NCBI GenBank assembly: GCA_963836755.1
Contig: CAWIKF010000002.1
Coordinates: 832,001-896,000, forward strand
Direction: 5' to 3'
Source of the DNA: an uncultured Verrucomicrobiae bacterium
GTDB taxonomy: Bacteria; Verrucomicrobiota; Verrucomicrobiia; Chthoniobacterales; Chthoniobacteraceae
Length of the DNA stretch: 64,000 bases
Position 1 is the first letter of the stretch. Each line of letters starts with the position of its first letter. Shown here one piece after another: positions 9,485 through 20,570 of this stretch. A program made the translations under genes and the position numbers. The notes under the pieces were generated by a model. The model worked only from the letters and a program-made list of their open reading frames with translations, was not told the origin of the DNA and searched no databases.

Positions 9485-10101
9485 TATTTACCAAAAATAA
9501 AGAACAGCGTGATCAGCAAAATAATTCCGAAAGCGATCAGCGGAAGCGTGAAGGCAAATCCGTTTCTCAGCCAGACCGCGAAATCCTCCGGCGGCTTTGC
9601 ATAAAGGCCGGCGTAAGGATCGGCGCTGACCGGCGCCAGCACTTCCTCGCTCGTCTCGGCGTTGATGACGGCGCGCGAGCGGGCGTATTCCGTGCGCGCG
9701 TCATCCACGGCGCTCAACGCTTTGTTTAACTCTTTGTTAATGTCAAGATTCTCCCACGATTTCGGGTTGATCGCCTCGAGCACATCGAGGTGTTGCACAA
9801 ATGCTTTTTGAATGACCTTCAACTGCTCCACGCGTTTTTGCGCATCGTAAGCTTCGCGCTCGAGCACGACGAGCGCGCGCGTGAATTGCTCGACCATTTC
9901 GCTGCGGCCCTGCTGCAGAGCCTCCTGGCGACGACTCAGCTCCTCGAGCTCGCGCTTTTGTTTCTCGATGACTTCCTGCTCGCGCTTGAGACGCAGCAAC
10001 TGCTCCTGCGCCTTCTGCACCTGCTCGTCCAGGTGCTCCGTCCCGTCGTCCTCGGGCAATTCCAAAAATGTTTCGTCTGCAGGTTTGTTGCGTTCAGCCA
10101 T
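9484..10101 (-). CDS. Hypothetical coiled-coil protein with C-terminal TM helix
   Basis: Long E/Q/K/L heptad region with a hydrophobic tail; operonic. Confidence 0.75.
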   Translation of the reverse strand: MAERNKPADETFLELPEDDGTEHLDEQVQKAQEQLLRLKREQEVIEKQKRELEELSRRQEALQQGRSEMVEQFTRALVVLEREAYDAQKRVEQLKVIQKAFVQHLDVLEAINPKSWENLDINKELNKALSAVDDARTEYARSRAVINAETSEEVLAPVSADPYAGLYAKPPEDFAVWLRNGFAFTLPLIAFGIILLITLFFIFGK

Positions 10102-10140
10102 GTCGCGGGCGCGGTTTTCGCGCACTGTAATTACCGGTGT

Positions 10141-11868
10141 TCAAAACTCCAGATTTTTCACGCAGCGCATCGCCAAAAGCATCGGAACCGTCGCAACGCA
10201 AGCGCTGATCAGCGCTGCGAGCCCGAGCGCAAGCGCGTTCGGCAGGAAAAATGTGATCGGCATCACGCGCCGCAATCCAGGAATCGCCAGGAGCGCGACA
10301 AAAAATGAGATGTAAATAAAGCTGATGATGAGGCAGAGCGTGCCGCCATAACCTGAGACGATTTTTGACGGATTTTCTTCCTTCAGGTTCGGAAAGAGCG
10401 CGCCGAGTCCGACCGCCAGTCCGCACAGCGTCAGGCTCATCGTCGCAATCGCGCCCGCAAAAAATAAAACGCCGCTCCACGGCAAATGCAGCATCAGACT
10501 CGACGAAATCATCAGCGACACGGTCACGCTCATCGATGCCACGCAGCTGAGTCCGAACTTTTGCAGTAGCACTTTGCGCAGTCCAATCGGTGCGAGGCCG
10601 ATGATCCAGAGCCTGCGCCCTTCCAGCGAGAACTGCGGAAAAACGAATCGCGTGGTCAACGTCGAAAGCGTCAGCGATGACGCGGCAAGGTTGAGATACG
10701 AGATCACCGTCGCCCAAAAATCGTTTTGAAAATCGAATGCGACATTGCGCAGGTTCAGCACGTAAATGCACAGCAAGCCGAAAAAAATCATGAACTGCGT
10801 CCATTGCGCCGGGTCGCGCCAAAAAAGACGCACATCTTTCAGCGCGAGACTTTTTACCGGACGCGAAAAAAATGGGATCCAGCGCATCGCGATCTCGCCC
10901 CGCGATGCGTAGCGAATTTTTTCCTGCTGCCGCAACATTTTCCGCTGGTCCCGCTCGGCGCGCGAGCTGAGCACCGCGCTCCAGCTTTCATAAAAAACGC
11001 GGCCGACAACTTCAAAACCGACAACAAGCCCCATCAGCGCGTTGCTCAGCGACAGCAAAAAATAAAACGCGCCCTGCCGCGAAAAGCCTTCGCTCCACGA
11101 CAAAACCGACCGCGCAAGCCACGCGCTCGGAAGCAGCGGATGCATGCTGATGCGCGTGTGCCGCAGCAGCGTGTCAAAAGAAAGCACGTCCTGCGCATGC
11201 GCGGCCTCGGTGTCGCTGACCGGCTTGATCGTGAAAACGAAATAAACGACCGCCGCACCTGCGAGTGCGATCAGCAATTTCTTCACCCAGCCGCGCGCGC
11301 GCAAATGCACGAGCAACACGATTCCCCATGAGCCGGCGAGGGCGGGAATGATGATGAATGGGAGAAATGCCGCGAGCACCTCGATGTAAAACATTGACGG
11401 CACATCGTTCACCCTTCCGTAAGCAACCATCAGCGGCGCGCAAAGAAAGATGAACGCCCAGCTCGAGACGACAAGCGACTCCGAAAATTTCCATCGATAC
11501 ACGTCGCGCTGCGCGATCGGCAGGGTCAGCAGCCAGTTTGTCTCGCGGTTTTTGAAAAGACTCGCGTAGCCGATAATCGCATTGGAAAAGATCAGCATCA
11601 CAAACAGAAATCCGAAAATCAGGAACAGCACGCGCTGCGAAATCAGCGTCCCGATCAACGGAAATTTGTGCAGGTAATCGAGCCCCCACGCGAACAGCCA
11701 ATACGCCGCCATCAAGTAACCGACGACCGATGCGCCCAGCACGAACAGCAGCAGCCGCGATTGCTGCTGGATGCCGCGGACGCGTGCAACCAGCGTCCGC
11801 CAATGCACCCAAAGCAACAGGCGAAACAGCCGCAGTGAAGGAAGTCGCGGGGAAAAACTAACGCTCAT
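10141..11868 (-). CDS. Putative ABC transporter permease
   Basis: Multi-TM protein with E..WLLTLPI, KDVRLFWRDPAQWTQ and FPQFSLEGRRLWII motifs typical of large ABC-2-like permeases. Confidence 0.8.
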   Translation of the reverse strand: MSVSFSPRLPSLRLFRLLLWVHWRTLVARVRGIQQQSRLLLFVLGASVVGYLMAAYWLFAWGLDYLHKFPLIGTLISQRVLFLIFGFLFVMLIFSNAIIGYASLFKNRETNWLLTLPIAQRDVYRWKFSESLVVSSWAFIFLCAPLMVAYGRVNDVPSMFYIEVLAAFLPFIIIPALAGSWGIVLLVHLRARGWVKKLLIALAGAAVVYFVFTIKPVSDTEAAHAQDVLSFDTLLRHTRISMHPLLPSAWLARSVLSWSEGFSRQGAFYFLLSLSNALMGLVVGFEVVGRVFYESWSAVLSSRAERDQRKMLRQQEKIRYASRGEIAMRWIPFFSRPVKSLALKDVRLFWRDPAQWTQFMIFFGLLCIYVLNLRNVAFDFQNDFWATVISYLNLAASSLTLSTLTTRFVFPQFSLEGRRLWIIGLAPIGLRKVLLQKFGLSCVASMSVTVSLMISSSLMLHLPWSGVLFFAGAIATMSLTLCGLAVGLGALFPNLKEENPSKIVSGYGGTLCLIISFIYISFFVALLAIPGLRRVMPITFFLPNALALGLAALISACVATVPMLLAMRCVKNLEF

Positions 11869-12880
11869 CAAAGTTTCGTTCGGCTCTACAAATTTCCTCG
11901 ATCAAACTCGGCCCGCGATAAATGAAACCGGTATAAATTTGCACCAGCGATGCGCCCGCCGCGAATTTTTCACGCGCGCTTTCCACATCCATCACGCCGC
12001 CCGACGCAATGATCGGCAGGGAACTTTTGGACGAAATAAACCGGACGATTTCCGTGGCGCGTTTTCGCAGCGGCGCACCGCTCAAGCCGCCCGCTTCATC
12101 GCGCGCCGGGATGCTCGAATGATCGAGCGTCGTGTTTGTCGCGACGATTCCTGCGAGACCATGAGCGGTCGCGCGCTCGAGAATCTCATCGATCTGCGCA
12201 AAATCCAAATCGGGCGCGATCTTGATGAGCAAAGGCTTCGCGAGCTTTTGCGCGCGATTTTGCGCCTGCACTGCACCGAGCAATTCATCGAGCGCGGTTT
12301 TGTTTTGCAGCTCCCGCAACCCCGGCGTATTCGGCGAGCTGACGTTCAAAACAAAATAATCTCCAAACGGATAAAGCGCGGAGAAAGAAGCGAGATAATC
12401 CGCCGTGGCCTCACCCAAAGGCGTGACTTTTGATTTCCCAATGTTCAGTCCGACGGGAATTTTCGGCCATTGGTTCGCCTCGCGGAGATTGCGAAGCCGT
12501 GCGGCAACGACCTCCGCGCCGTCATTGTTGAAACCCATTCGATTGACGAGCGCGCGCTGGTCAGTGAACCGAAAAACACGCGGCTTCGGATTTCCCGGCT
12601 GCGCGTGTGCGGTGATTGTGCCGGCCTCGACGAATCCGAAACCGAGCGCGGCCCACGCTGAAAGCGACATCGCATTTTTGTCGAAACCGGCTGCGAGTCC
12701 GACTGGATTTGGAAAGTGAATGCCGAAAACTTCACGCGGCAATTTTGGATTTGATCCAATTGTTCGAAGCAGCCGTTGCGGGAAGTTTTTCAACGCGGTC
12801 ATCGCGAGGTGATGCGCAGTTTCCGCATCAAATCGAAACAGCAATGGGCGCAAAATCTTCTCGTAAAAAAAAGAGTTCAT
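11858..12880 (-). CDS. pyrD: Quinone-dependent dihydroorotate dehydrogenase
   Basis: NPVGLAAGFDKN, QPGNPKPRVFR, NVSSPNTPGLR, KIAPDL, GGLSG. Confidence 0.95.
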   Translation of the reverse strand: MNSFFYEKILRPLLFRFDAETAHHLAMTALKNFPQRLLRTIGSNPKLPREVFGIHFPNPVGLAAGFDKNAMSLSAWAALGFGFVEAGTITAHAQPGNPKPRVFRFTDQRALVNRMGFNNDGAEVVAARLRNLREANQWPKIPVGLNIGKSKVTPLGEATADYLASFSALYPFGDYFVLNVSSPNTPGLRELQNKTALDELLGAVQAQNRAQKLAKPLLIKIAPDLDFAQIDEILERATAHGLAGIVATNTTLDHSSIPARDEAGGLSGAPLRKRATEIVRFISSKSSLPIIASGGVMDVESAREKFAAGASLVQIYTGFIYRGPSLIEEICRAERNFDER

Positions 12881-12895
12881 CGCGTGCTCAATCCT

Positions 12896-14230
12896 TCATT
12901 TGCCGATGCAAAAAGTGCTGAAAATTTCTCCGAGCAATTCCTCCGTGTCGGCCTTGCCTACGATCGCTCCGATCTCGTCCAAGGCCGTGCGAAGCTCGAT
13001 GGAAACAAACTCCGGCGAAACTCCATTGCTGATTCCCAATCGCGCGGCCTCCGCAAACTGTGCCGCTTTTTTTAAACAGGCATGATGCCGCGCATTGATT
13101 GCGATCGATGAGTTTTCAAGGTTCACGCTGCCGCCGGTGATGCGCTGAAAAATCGCATCCGCCAGATTTTCGATCCCGATTTTTTCGCTGCAGGAAATGC
13201 GAACGGCTGTGGTGCCGCGCCAACTTTCGTCTTCGCCCAAATCAGCTTTATTCAGGATCAAAATTTCGCGCGGCGACGGGTCAGGAATCTCTGCCGGACG
13301 CGGATCGGTCGCGTCCATCAAATGTAAAATAAGGTCCGCCCGCTCCACGTTTTTTAGCGTTCGTGCGATTCCTTGTTCTTCGATCGCGTCGGCCGATGCG
13401 CGCACGCCGGCGGTGTCGATGAGCCGCAGCGGAATTCCGCGCAGATTGATCGCTTCCTCGATCGTGTCGCGCGTGGTGCCGGGCCATTCGCTGACGATGG
13501 CGCGCTCGTAGCCGAGCAGCAAATTGAGCAAGCTCGACTTGCCGACATTTGGCGCGCCGTAAATGACCGTGCGCACGCCTTCGCGCAGGATTCGTCCATG
13601 ATCGGCGGTGCGCAAAAGCGCGTCGATGTTGTCGGTCGCTCTTTCCAAGTTTTGCAACAAAGTTTCACCAGTGTCTGGATCAATTTCTTCGTCTGGAAAA
13701 TCAATGTAGGCTTCCACGTGCGCCAGCACCGCGAGCAGTTCTGCGCGAATCTCGGTAACTCTCGCGCCGAGCTGGCCTTCGAGCTGTTCCGCAGCCGCTC
13801 GCAGCGCGAGCTCCGTCTGCGCTTTGATCAAATCCATGACCGCCTCGGCTTGCGTGAGATCCATTTTGCCGTTCAGAAAAGCGCGTTGCGTGAATTCCCC
13901 CGGTTCGGCCATGCGTGCCCCGTGCTCGAGCAGGAGCTGCAAAATGCAGCGTGTGACGAGGATGCCGCCATGGCAGGTGATCTCGACGACGTCTTCGCCG
14001 GTGTAGCTGGCTGGCGCACGCTGAACGGTCAGCACGACTTGGTCGATGGTCTTTTCGGCCGTGAATACTTTGCCGAGCTGCTGGCTGCGCGGCGGCATCT
14101 CAGCGACTTTTTTTGCGCCGCGGAAAATGTGGTCGGCAACTTTTAACGCGTGCTCTCCGCTGAGCCGCAGCATGGAAATCGCGCCTTCGCCAAAGGGCGT
14201 GGCAATCGCGGCGATTGTTTCCTCAGCCAC
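12896..14230 (-). CDS. mnmE: tRNA modification GTPase MnmE
   Basis: TIAAIATP, GEFTQRAFLNGKMDLTQAEAV, GAPNVGKSSLLN, ends FSTFCIGK. Confidence 0.97.
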   Translation of the reverse strand: MAEETIAAIATPFGEGAISMLRLSGEHALKVADHIFRGAKKVAEMPPRSQQLGKVFTAEKTIDQVVLTVQRAPASYTGEDVVEITCHGGILVTRCILQLLLEHGARMAEPGEFTQRAFLNGKMDLTQAEAVMDLIKAQTELALRAAAEQLEGQLGARVTEIRAELLAVLAHVEAYIDFPDEEIDPDTGETLLQNLERATDNIDALLRTADHGRILREGVRTVIYGAPNVGKSSLLNLLLGYERAIVSEWPGTTRDTIEEAINLRGIPLRLIDTAGVRASADAIEEQGIARTLKNVERADLILHLMDATDPRPAEIPDPSPREILILNKADLGEDESWRGTTAVRISCSEKIGIENLADAIFQRITGGSVNLENSSIAINARHHACLKKAAQFAEAARLGISNGVSPEFVSIELRTALDEIGAIVGKADTEELLGEIFSTFCIGK

Positions 14231-14263
14231 GGAGCAAAGCTGGGTTGCGCGCGGTCCCGCAAC

Positions 14264-15376
14264 TCATGCGGCGAGCGAAATCGCCGACAGAACTTCGCGC
14301 AATTCCATGATGAATCGCCGGTTTTGTTCCATCGTCCCGACGGTGACTCGAATCCAATCGGCCAGACCATACGACGCCATCGCGCGGATAATGATTCCGC
14401 GCTGGAGCAGCGATTGAAAAACATTGACGCCATTGCCCACTTTCACGAGCACGAAATTCGCATGGCTCGGCACAAACTCGAGTCCAAGCGCAGCAAATTC
14501 CCGCTGAAGGTAATCGCGGCCCTCGAAGGTGAGTGCGCGCGTTTTGCGCTGATGCTCCTCGTCCAAAAGTCCCGCCATCGCACCGGCCTGCGCGATTCCG
14601 TTGACGTTAAACGGTTGTCGTGTTTTTTGCAGCACTTCGATGATTGCTTTGCTGCCGAGCCCGTAGCCGATGCGGAGACTGGCGAGCCCTTGGATTTTCG
14701 AAAAAGTGCGCAGCACGACAACGTTCTCGCGGCCTTCTCGAACGAATTTCAGCGTGTCCGGCGGCTCCTCCAGAAACTCGTAATAAGCTTCATCGAAAAC
14801 CACGACCACATGGTCCGGCACGCGGTCCATGAAACGGTCGATTTCCGCTTGTGTGACAAGTGTTCCCGTTGGATTGTTTGGATTCGTGATGAAAATTTCG
14901 CGCGTGTGCTCGGTGATGGCGTTGGCCATTCCCACGAGGTCGTGCCGGAAATCGGGGTCCGCCACTTCCGTCGTGTCCGCGTCAAAAAGTGTCGCCATCA
15001 AACGGTAAACCAAAAACGCGTGACGGGCCGTGATGACCTCGTCGCCCGGCCGCAGAAAAGCATGACCGATGAATTCGATGATCTCGTTCGAGCCGTTGCC
15101 GAGCATTACATTTTCTCGCGCCAGACCGACTTTTTCCGCGATGGCTTCGCGCAAGTAATAGCCGCCTCCATCGGGGTAAAAGTGCGCGCGTTCCAGCGCG
15201 TCGCGCATCGCCGCGATCGCCTTTGGCGAAGGCCCGAGCGGGTTTTCATTTGATGCAAGCTTGATGATTTCCGACGGCTGCAATCCGAGTTCGCGCGCAA
15301 CGTCTTCGATCGGCTTGCCCGGCTCGTAGGCGACCAGATCGCGCAGCTGACGATTCGCATTATTCCAAATGGACAT
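14264..15376 (-). CDS. hisC: Histidinol-phosphate aminotransferase
   Basis: YEPGKPIE, IKLASNENPLGPSP, DEAYYEF, LRTFSK. Start at ATG 15376. Confidence 0.93.
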   Translation of the reverse strand: MSIWNNANRQLRDLVAYEPGKPIEDVARELGLQPSEIIKLASNENPLGPSPKAIAAMRDALERAHFYPDGGGYYLREAIAEKVGLARENVMLGNGSNEIIEFIGHAFLRPGDEVITARHAFLVYRLMATLFDADTTEVADPDFRHDLVGMANAITEHTREIFITNPNNPTGTLVTQAEIDRFMDRVPDHVVVVFDEAYYEFLEEPPDTLKFVREGRENVVVLRTFSKIQGLASLRIGYGLGSKAIIEVLQKTRQPFNVNGIAQAGAMAGLLDEEHQRKTRALTFEGRDYLQREFAALGLEFVPSHANFVLVKVGNGVNVFQSLLQRGIIIRAMASYGLADWIRVTVGTMEQNRRFIMELREVLSAISLAA

Positions 15377-15464
15377 GGTCCGAAATCTACGCGCGCGCGG
15401 CGGGAAACGCGAGCGGGATGTCCCGCATTGACGGTCGCCGCGCGCTCCACGATTGTCGCCGCCT

Positions 15465-15905
15465 GTGCGCATCGCCGTAATTTCCGACAGCCACAATCGC
15501 ATTCCTCACGAGCTGCCGGCGCTGCTCGCGAAGGCTGATGAAATCTGGCATCTCGGCGATGTCTGTGCTCCGGAAATCATCGACGAGCTGCAGACAATCG
15601 GTCGGCCGCTGCACGTGGTGCGCGGCAATTGCGATCAATGTTCGGACTGGCCGTTCACGCTTGATTTCACGCGCGGAGGGTTGCGGATTCGGCTCGTGCA
15701 CATCCCGCCCCGGGAGGTGCCGGCGGAAACGGATTTAATTTTGCACGGTCACACGCACGTGCCGCGCAACGAGAAAATTGGCGCGGCAACATTTCTGAAT
15801 CCCGGTTGCCTCACGCGCCCGAATCGTGGCGCACCGCGCAGTTTTGCGTGGCTCACGATCGAGCCGGGGAAGCCGTTCGGCTGGGATTTGCGCGTCCTCG
15901 ATTGA
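15465..15905 (+). CDS. YfcE-type metallophosphoesterase
   Basis: IAVISDSH, HLGD, VRGNCD, HGHTH, NPG motifs. Confidence 0.9.
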   Translation: MRIAVISDSHNRIPHELPALLAKADEIWHLGDVCAPEIIDELQTIGRPLHVVRGNCDQCSDWPFTLDFTRGGLRIRLVHIPPREVPAETDLILHGHTHVPRNEKIGAATFLNPGCLTRPNRGAPRSFAWLTIEPGKPFGWDLRVLD

Positions 15906-15917
15906 CGAAAGAAAGTC

Positions 15918-16163
15918 TCAGCCAGCAGTGCGATCCTCGATGATCTCGAGCGTCGCGCGCTGATTGTGACGCGCGGCAGCGGCTTGCAAAAGATTGCGAA
16001 TCGCCGCGATCGTGTGACCGTGTTTGCCGATCACTTTTCCGACATCGGATTGCCGGAGACGCACGTGAAATATGATCCTTTTCGGATCCTCGTGCTTCGA
16101 AAGCACCATCTCATCGGGGTAATCGATGAGAAGCTGAATGATGAATTCCAGGAATTGCTGCAC
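15918..16163 (-). CDS. khpA: KH-domain RNA-binding protein (KhpA-like)
   Basis: DVGKVIGKHGHTIAAIR; canonical position after rpsP. Confidence 0.88.
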   Translation of the reverse strand: MQQFLEFIIQLLIDYPDEMVLSKHEDPKRIIFHVRLRQSDVGKVIGKHGHTIAAIRNLLQAAAARHNQRATLEIIEDRTAG

Positions 16164-16211
16164 GGCGCGCGATGTTGGCGCGTGCGGCGCAATTCGTCAA
16201 TGCGCCTCGAG

Positions 16212-16472
16212 CTACGCGGTCGCCGCCGCAGCAGCTTTCTTCGCTTTTTTGATCAAGCTGCGCACCGTGTCCGAGGGTTGCGCGCCGCGCTCGACCCAAT
16301 ACTGCACTCGATCGAGATCAATGTTGGAATTGTCTCCCGCCTTTTTTGGATCGTAGTTGCCGACCTGCTCGATGAATTTGCCGTCGCGCGGGCTGCGCTG
16401 GTCTGCGACCACGACCTTGTAATACGGGTTGTTTAACGAACCTTCGCGACGGAGTCTGATTGATACTGCCAT
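16212..16472 (-). CDS. rpsP: 30S ribosomal protein S16
   Basis: MAVSIRLRR…[27 protein letters not shown]…GAQPSDTV. Confidence 0.97.
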   Translation of the reverse strand: MAVSIRLRREGSLNNPYYKVVVADQRSPRDGKFIEQVGNYDPKKAGDNSNIDLDRVQYWVERGAQPSDTVRSLIKKAKKAAAAATA

Positions 16473-16474
16473 AA

Positions 16475-17815
16475 CTAAACTTTCGGTATTCCTGGAAATC
16501 CGGCGCCGCGGGGTTGCGCCATCATCATTTTTCTTAGTTTCCCCGCATTCTTCATCAGCTTCCTCATTTGATTGAAGCGCTGCAAAAGATCGTTCACTTC
16601 GGTGACGGAAGTTCCGCTGCCGCGGGCGATGCGCTGGCGCCGCCGGGCGTTTAAAACATCCGGCTTCTCGCGCTCGTGCAAAGTCATCGAAAGCACGATG
16701 GCCTCGACCCGCTTCAACTGTTTTTCGTCAACCGAAAAGCCCTTCATGTTACTCATTCCGGGCAGCATGCCAAGGATATTTTCCAGCGGGCCGAGTTTGC
16801 GCATCATTTTGAACTGCGCGAGGAAGTCGTTAAAATCGAAAGTCGCGGTGCGTAATTTCTTTTCCATCCGCGCCGCTTCCTCCTCATCGATGGCTTCGGC
16901 GGCGCGCTCGACGAGCGAAACGACGTCGCCCATGCCGAGGATGCGGCCCGCGAGACGGTCGGGATAAAACGGCTCGAACTGATCGAGCTTTTCGCCGGTG
17001 CCGGCGAATTTGATCGGCCGCTGCGTGACCTCGCGCATCGAGAGCGCCGCGCCGCCGCGCGCGTCGCCGTCGAGTTTTGTCAAAACGAGTCCGGTGATTT
17101 GCAGCGCGTCGTTGAAATGCGTCGCGACGCTCACGGCCTGCTGGCCAGTCGCGGCGTCGGCGACGAGGAGCACTTCCTGCGGCTGTAAAAATTCCTTGAG
17201 CTGCTTGATTTCCTCGATCAACACCGCGTCGATTTCCTGGCGGCCGGCTGTGTCGAAAATCTGCACGTTGCCGTTTTGCGATTCCGCCCATTCGAGCGCT
17301 TGTTTAGCGCAGCGTTTAACGTCCGTTTCTCCCGGAGTTGGGATGAAAACCGGCACATTGATTTGCCGGCCGAGCGTGGCGAGCTGCTCGATGGCTGCCG
17401 GCCGGTGCAAATCGCAGGCGATGAGCAGCGGCGCGCGCCCTTGTTTTTTTAAAAGGTTCGCGAGCTTTGCTGACGAAGTGGTTTTGCCCGCGCCGTTGAG
17501 GCCGACCATCAGGATGCGCGCCGGCTTTTCGAGATTGATCGGCGATTGATCGCCGCCGAGCAGGCCTGTCAGCTCATCGTGAAAAATCTTAACGATCTGC
17601 TGGCCGGGCGTGACGCTGCGCAGCACGTCCTCGCCGAGCGCCTTGTCCTTGACGCGGGCGATGAAACTTTTCGCGACATTGAAATCAACGTCGGCCTCGA
17701 GCAGCGCCATGCGCACCTCGCGCATCGCGTCGCTGACGTTGGTCTCGCTGATCGTGCCGTGGCCGCGGAGATCCTTGAAAACGTCCTGCAGTTTATCCGC
17801 AAGCTGCGAAAACAT
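16475..17815 (-). CDS. ffh: Signal recognition particle protein
   Basis: [37 protein letters not shown] domain. Confidence 0.97.
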   Translation of the reverse strand: MFSQLADKLQDVFKDLRGHGTISETNVSDAMREVRMALLEADVDFNVAKSFIARVKDKALGEDVLRSVTPGQQIVKIFHDELTGLLGGDQSPINLEKPARILMVGLNGAGKTTSSAKLANLLKKQGRAPLLIACDLHRPAAIEQLATLGRQINVPVFIPTPGETDVKRCAKQALEWAESQNGNVQIFDTAGRQEIDAVLIEEIKQLKEFLQPQEVLLVADAATGQQAVSVATHFNDALQITGLVLTKLDGDARGGAALSMREVTQRPIKFAGTGEKLDQFEPFYPDRLAGRILGMGDVVSLVERAAEAIDEEEAARMEKKLRTATFDFNDFLAQFKMMRKLGPLENILGMLPGMSNMKGFSVDEKQLKRVEAIVLSMTLHEREKPDVLNARRRQRIARGSGTSVTEVNDLLQRFNQMRKLMKNAGKLRKMMMAQPRGAGFPGIPKV

Positions 17816-17818
17816 TGG

Positions 17819-19159
17819 TTAATGCGCGGCGGGTTTCGCGGCGGTCGGATCGAAATTAAAGTTCCAGCGCGTCTCGACTTTTTTGCCGTCGGCCTTCGCG
17901 TCGAGAATCACCGTGTAATTTTTGTCGCGCAGTTTTGGCGAAACTTTGTAGCTCACGGTTTTTGTCTTCTGGTCGTAAACCGCCGGCACCAATCCGAGGC
18001 CGCTGATGCGCATCTCGATGCTGTGCGGGTCAACGTTTCCCATCGTCGCGAGGTTGGCTTTGATGACCGGCGTAGGATTGCTGATCGTTTCGCCTTCCAT
18101 CGGTTCGGTGACCATCGAGGCCGCGGCGAGCTGCGCGTAAGCCGGCGCGGCGGCGGGCGGCCCCGAGATGCCGCCGCCAATCATTTTCAGCGCATCGCTG
18201 TAAAATATTTGCGGCTTGCCCGCATCGACCGCGTAACGTCCGAGCAGGTCGTATGGCGGCGAACTGAAGCGAAGCTGCTGACCGTAAACGGTGAATGCCG
18301 CTTCGTATCCAGCTTCTTTAATTAGCGCTCGCGCCTTTTCGTTCCAGACGCCGAATGGATAGGCAAACGCGTCGCACTTGATGCCGAGTTGCTTTTCCAA
18401 CATCTCCTTCGAGCCAATGATTTCCTTGCGCAGCCAGCCATCCACGCCGAGTTGCGCGACTTCTTTTTTGACCTCGGCAGAATGCGTCCGGTCCATGCCA
18501 CCGCCGGGGATTTTTAGATTTGAATGCGAATACGTGTGGCATTCGATGTCGACACCCGCATCGCGCATTTCCGCGAGCTGATCCCACGTCATCGATTTGC
18601 CGCCGGTGTTGACGTAGTTGACGTAAATAAAGAGCGTGAACGGGTATTTAAACTTTTTTAAAATCGGCCATGCGTTGTCGTAGGCGGAGACCCAGCCATC
18701 ATCGATCGAGATGATCGCGCTTTTTGCCGGCATATCTTTTTCGCCGCGGCGGTAGGCGAGATAATCCTGCATCGAGATGACGGTGAAGCCGTTGTCCTTG
18801 AGCGCCTGCATTTCCTTTTCGAACTCTTCGACCGAAATCGTCAGCGCCTTCGTTTTGCTGTCCTCGATGTTGTGGTAACAAATGCAGATCGCGGCCGCGG
18901 ACTTATTGATGGCGGTCGCCGGCGGCGCGACAACGGCTGCTGCGGGCGCTGGTGATACGCCCGCTGCTGCTGCAGTGGCTGCGTTTTCCCGCGCGGGAGA
19001 TGCGCTGGCGGTGGCGGCTTTTTCCTCCGACTTTCCGTGCCGGAAATTTTTCAACTTTGCGACCAGCGCATCAATTTTTTTGCAACCAGCGAGCGGCAAA
19101 ATCAAAGCGACCGCGAGCAAAACCAGATCCTTTTTCCGAGCAAAATTTTTCGACATCAT
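17819..19159 (-). CDS. Lipoprotein polysaccharide deacetylase (NodB family)
   Basis: Lipobox LAGC, CYH, SIDDG, HTYSH, FAYPFG; extra C-terminal beta domain. Confidence 0.88.
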   Translation of the reverse strand: MMSKNFARKKDLVLLAVALILPLAGCKKIDALVAKLKNFRHGKSEEKAATASASPARENAATAAAAGVSPAPAAAVVAPPATAINKSAAAICICYHNIEDSKTKALTISVEEFEKEMQALKDNGFTVISMQDYLAYRRGEKDMPAKSAIISIDDGWVSAYDNAWPILKKFKYPFTLFIYVNYVNTGGKSMTWDQLAEMRDAGVDIECHTYSHSNLKIPGGGMDRTHSAEVKKEVAQLGVDGWLRKEIIGSKEMLEKQLGIKCDAFAYPFGVWNEKARALIKEAGYEAAFTVYGQQLRFSSPPYDLLGRYAVDAGKPQIFYSDALKMIGGGISGPPAAAPAYAQLAAASMVTEPMEGETISNPTPVIKANLATMGNVDPHSIEMRISGLGLVPAVYDQKTKTVSYKVSPKLRDKNYTVILDAKADGKKVETRWNFNFDPTAAKPAAH

Positions 19160-19227
19160 GAGTAGAAGGCGGAGCATACAAAGAATTCGCGCGTTGTCAT
19201 CCGGCACAGTCGAAAAACGCGCGCGAG

Positions 19228-20520
19228 CTACAGACCGAGCTTCTCAAAAGTTTGATTGACGTAGCGAAAATGAACGTCGAGCGAGCAGAGCCGGTCGATA
19301 TCACCCGCCGATAAATGGCGCATGATTTCGGGTTCCAGCTTGAGGTTTTCCTGCAGCGAACGGCCACCTTCCCACGTTTTCATCGCGGCACGCTGGACGG
19401 CTTCGTAGGCAGTTTGACGCGCGACGCCACGCTCGGTCAGCTTGAGCAAAATCGTCTGGCTGAAATACAAACCTTTCGTTTTTTCGAGGTTGCGCAGCAT
19501 GTTCTCAGGATAGACGACTAGTGTGTCGACGAGGTTTGTGAGCTGCACGAGCATGTAGTCGAGCAGCGTGCAGGAATCGGGCAGGATGATTCGCTCGACG
19601 CTGCTGTGCGAGATGTCGCGCTCGTGCCAGAGCGCCACGTTTTCCATCGCGGCCACGGCGTTGCCTCGAATGACTCGCGCCAGGCCGCTGAGCCGCTCGC
19701 CGGTGATTGGGTTGCGCTTGTGCGGCATCGCGGAACTGCCTTTCTGGCCGGGGCGAAAATATTCCTCCACTTCCAAAACTTCCGTGCGCTGCAAATGCCG
19801 AAATTCCGTCGCCCAGCGATCGATGCTCGACGCGATTAACGCCAGCACCGTCATGAATTCCGCGTGCCGATCGCGCTGAACGATTTGCGTGGAAATCGGC
19901 GCGGGGATTAAATTCAGGCGCGCGCAAACACTCGCCTCCACGCGCGGATCGAGATGCGCATGCGTGCCGACGGCGCCGCTGAGTTTTCCCACGCGCACGC
20001 GCTCGCGCATTTCGAGAAGCCGCTGCGTCGCGCGATTAAATTCGTCATGCATCAGCGCGAGCTTCAGCCCGAACGTGATTGGCTCCGCATGAATGCCGTG
20101 ACTCCGCCCGATCATCGGCGTGTGCTTAAATTCCTGCGCGCGTTTCGCGGTCGCGGCGCGGAGGTGATTCAAATCATCGAGCAAAATCCCGCACGCGTCA
20201 TTCATCTGCACCGCGAGCGTCGTGTCGAGAACGTCGGACGACGTCAGCCCTTGATGAATCCAGCGTGCGGCCGGGCCGACGTAGCTGGCGACGTTTTCCA
20301 GAAAAGCGATGACATCGTGATTCGTCCGCTTTTCGATTTCAGCGATCGCAGAGAGGTCAAACTTCGCGCGCTCGCGGATCGCTTGCGCATCCTCGTCGGG
20401 AATCTTTCCCAGATCGGCAAGCGCTTCGCAGGCGAGAATCTCGATCTCGAGCCAAATTTCGTGTTTGCGCTGCTCCGACCAGAGCTCGCGCATTTGCGGA
20501 AGGGAATATCGGTCAATCAC
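19228..20520 (-). CDS. purB: Adenylosuccinate lyase
   Basis: MIDRYS, HDVIAF, GRSHGIHAEP, GSSAMPHKRNP, LWHERDISHSS. Confidence 0.97.
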   Translation of the reverse strand: MIDRYSLPQMRELWSEQRKHEIWLEIEILACEALADLGKIPDEDAQAIRERAKFDLSAIAEIEKRTNHDVIAFLENVASYVGPAARWIHQGLTSSDVLDTTLAVQMNDACGILLDDLNHLRAATAKRAQEFKHTPMIGRSHGIHAEPITFGLKLALMHDEFNRATQRLLEMRERVRVGKLSGAVGTHAHLDPRVEASVCARLNLIPAPISTQIVQRDRHAEFMTVLALIASSIDRWATEFRHLQRTEVLEVEEYFRPGQKGSSAMPHKRNPITGERLSGLARVIRGNAVAAMENVALWHERDISHSSVERIILPDSCTLLDYMLVQLTNLVDTLVVYPENMLRNLEKTKGLYFSQTILLKLTERGVARQTAYEAVQRAAMKTWEGGRSLQENLKLEPEIMRHLSAGDIDRLCSLDVHFRYVNQTFEKLGL

Positions 20521-20570
20521 AGACCGGAGAGCATTCGCAAAACTCTCCGGTCTTGAAAAGATTTAACTCT

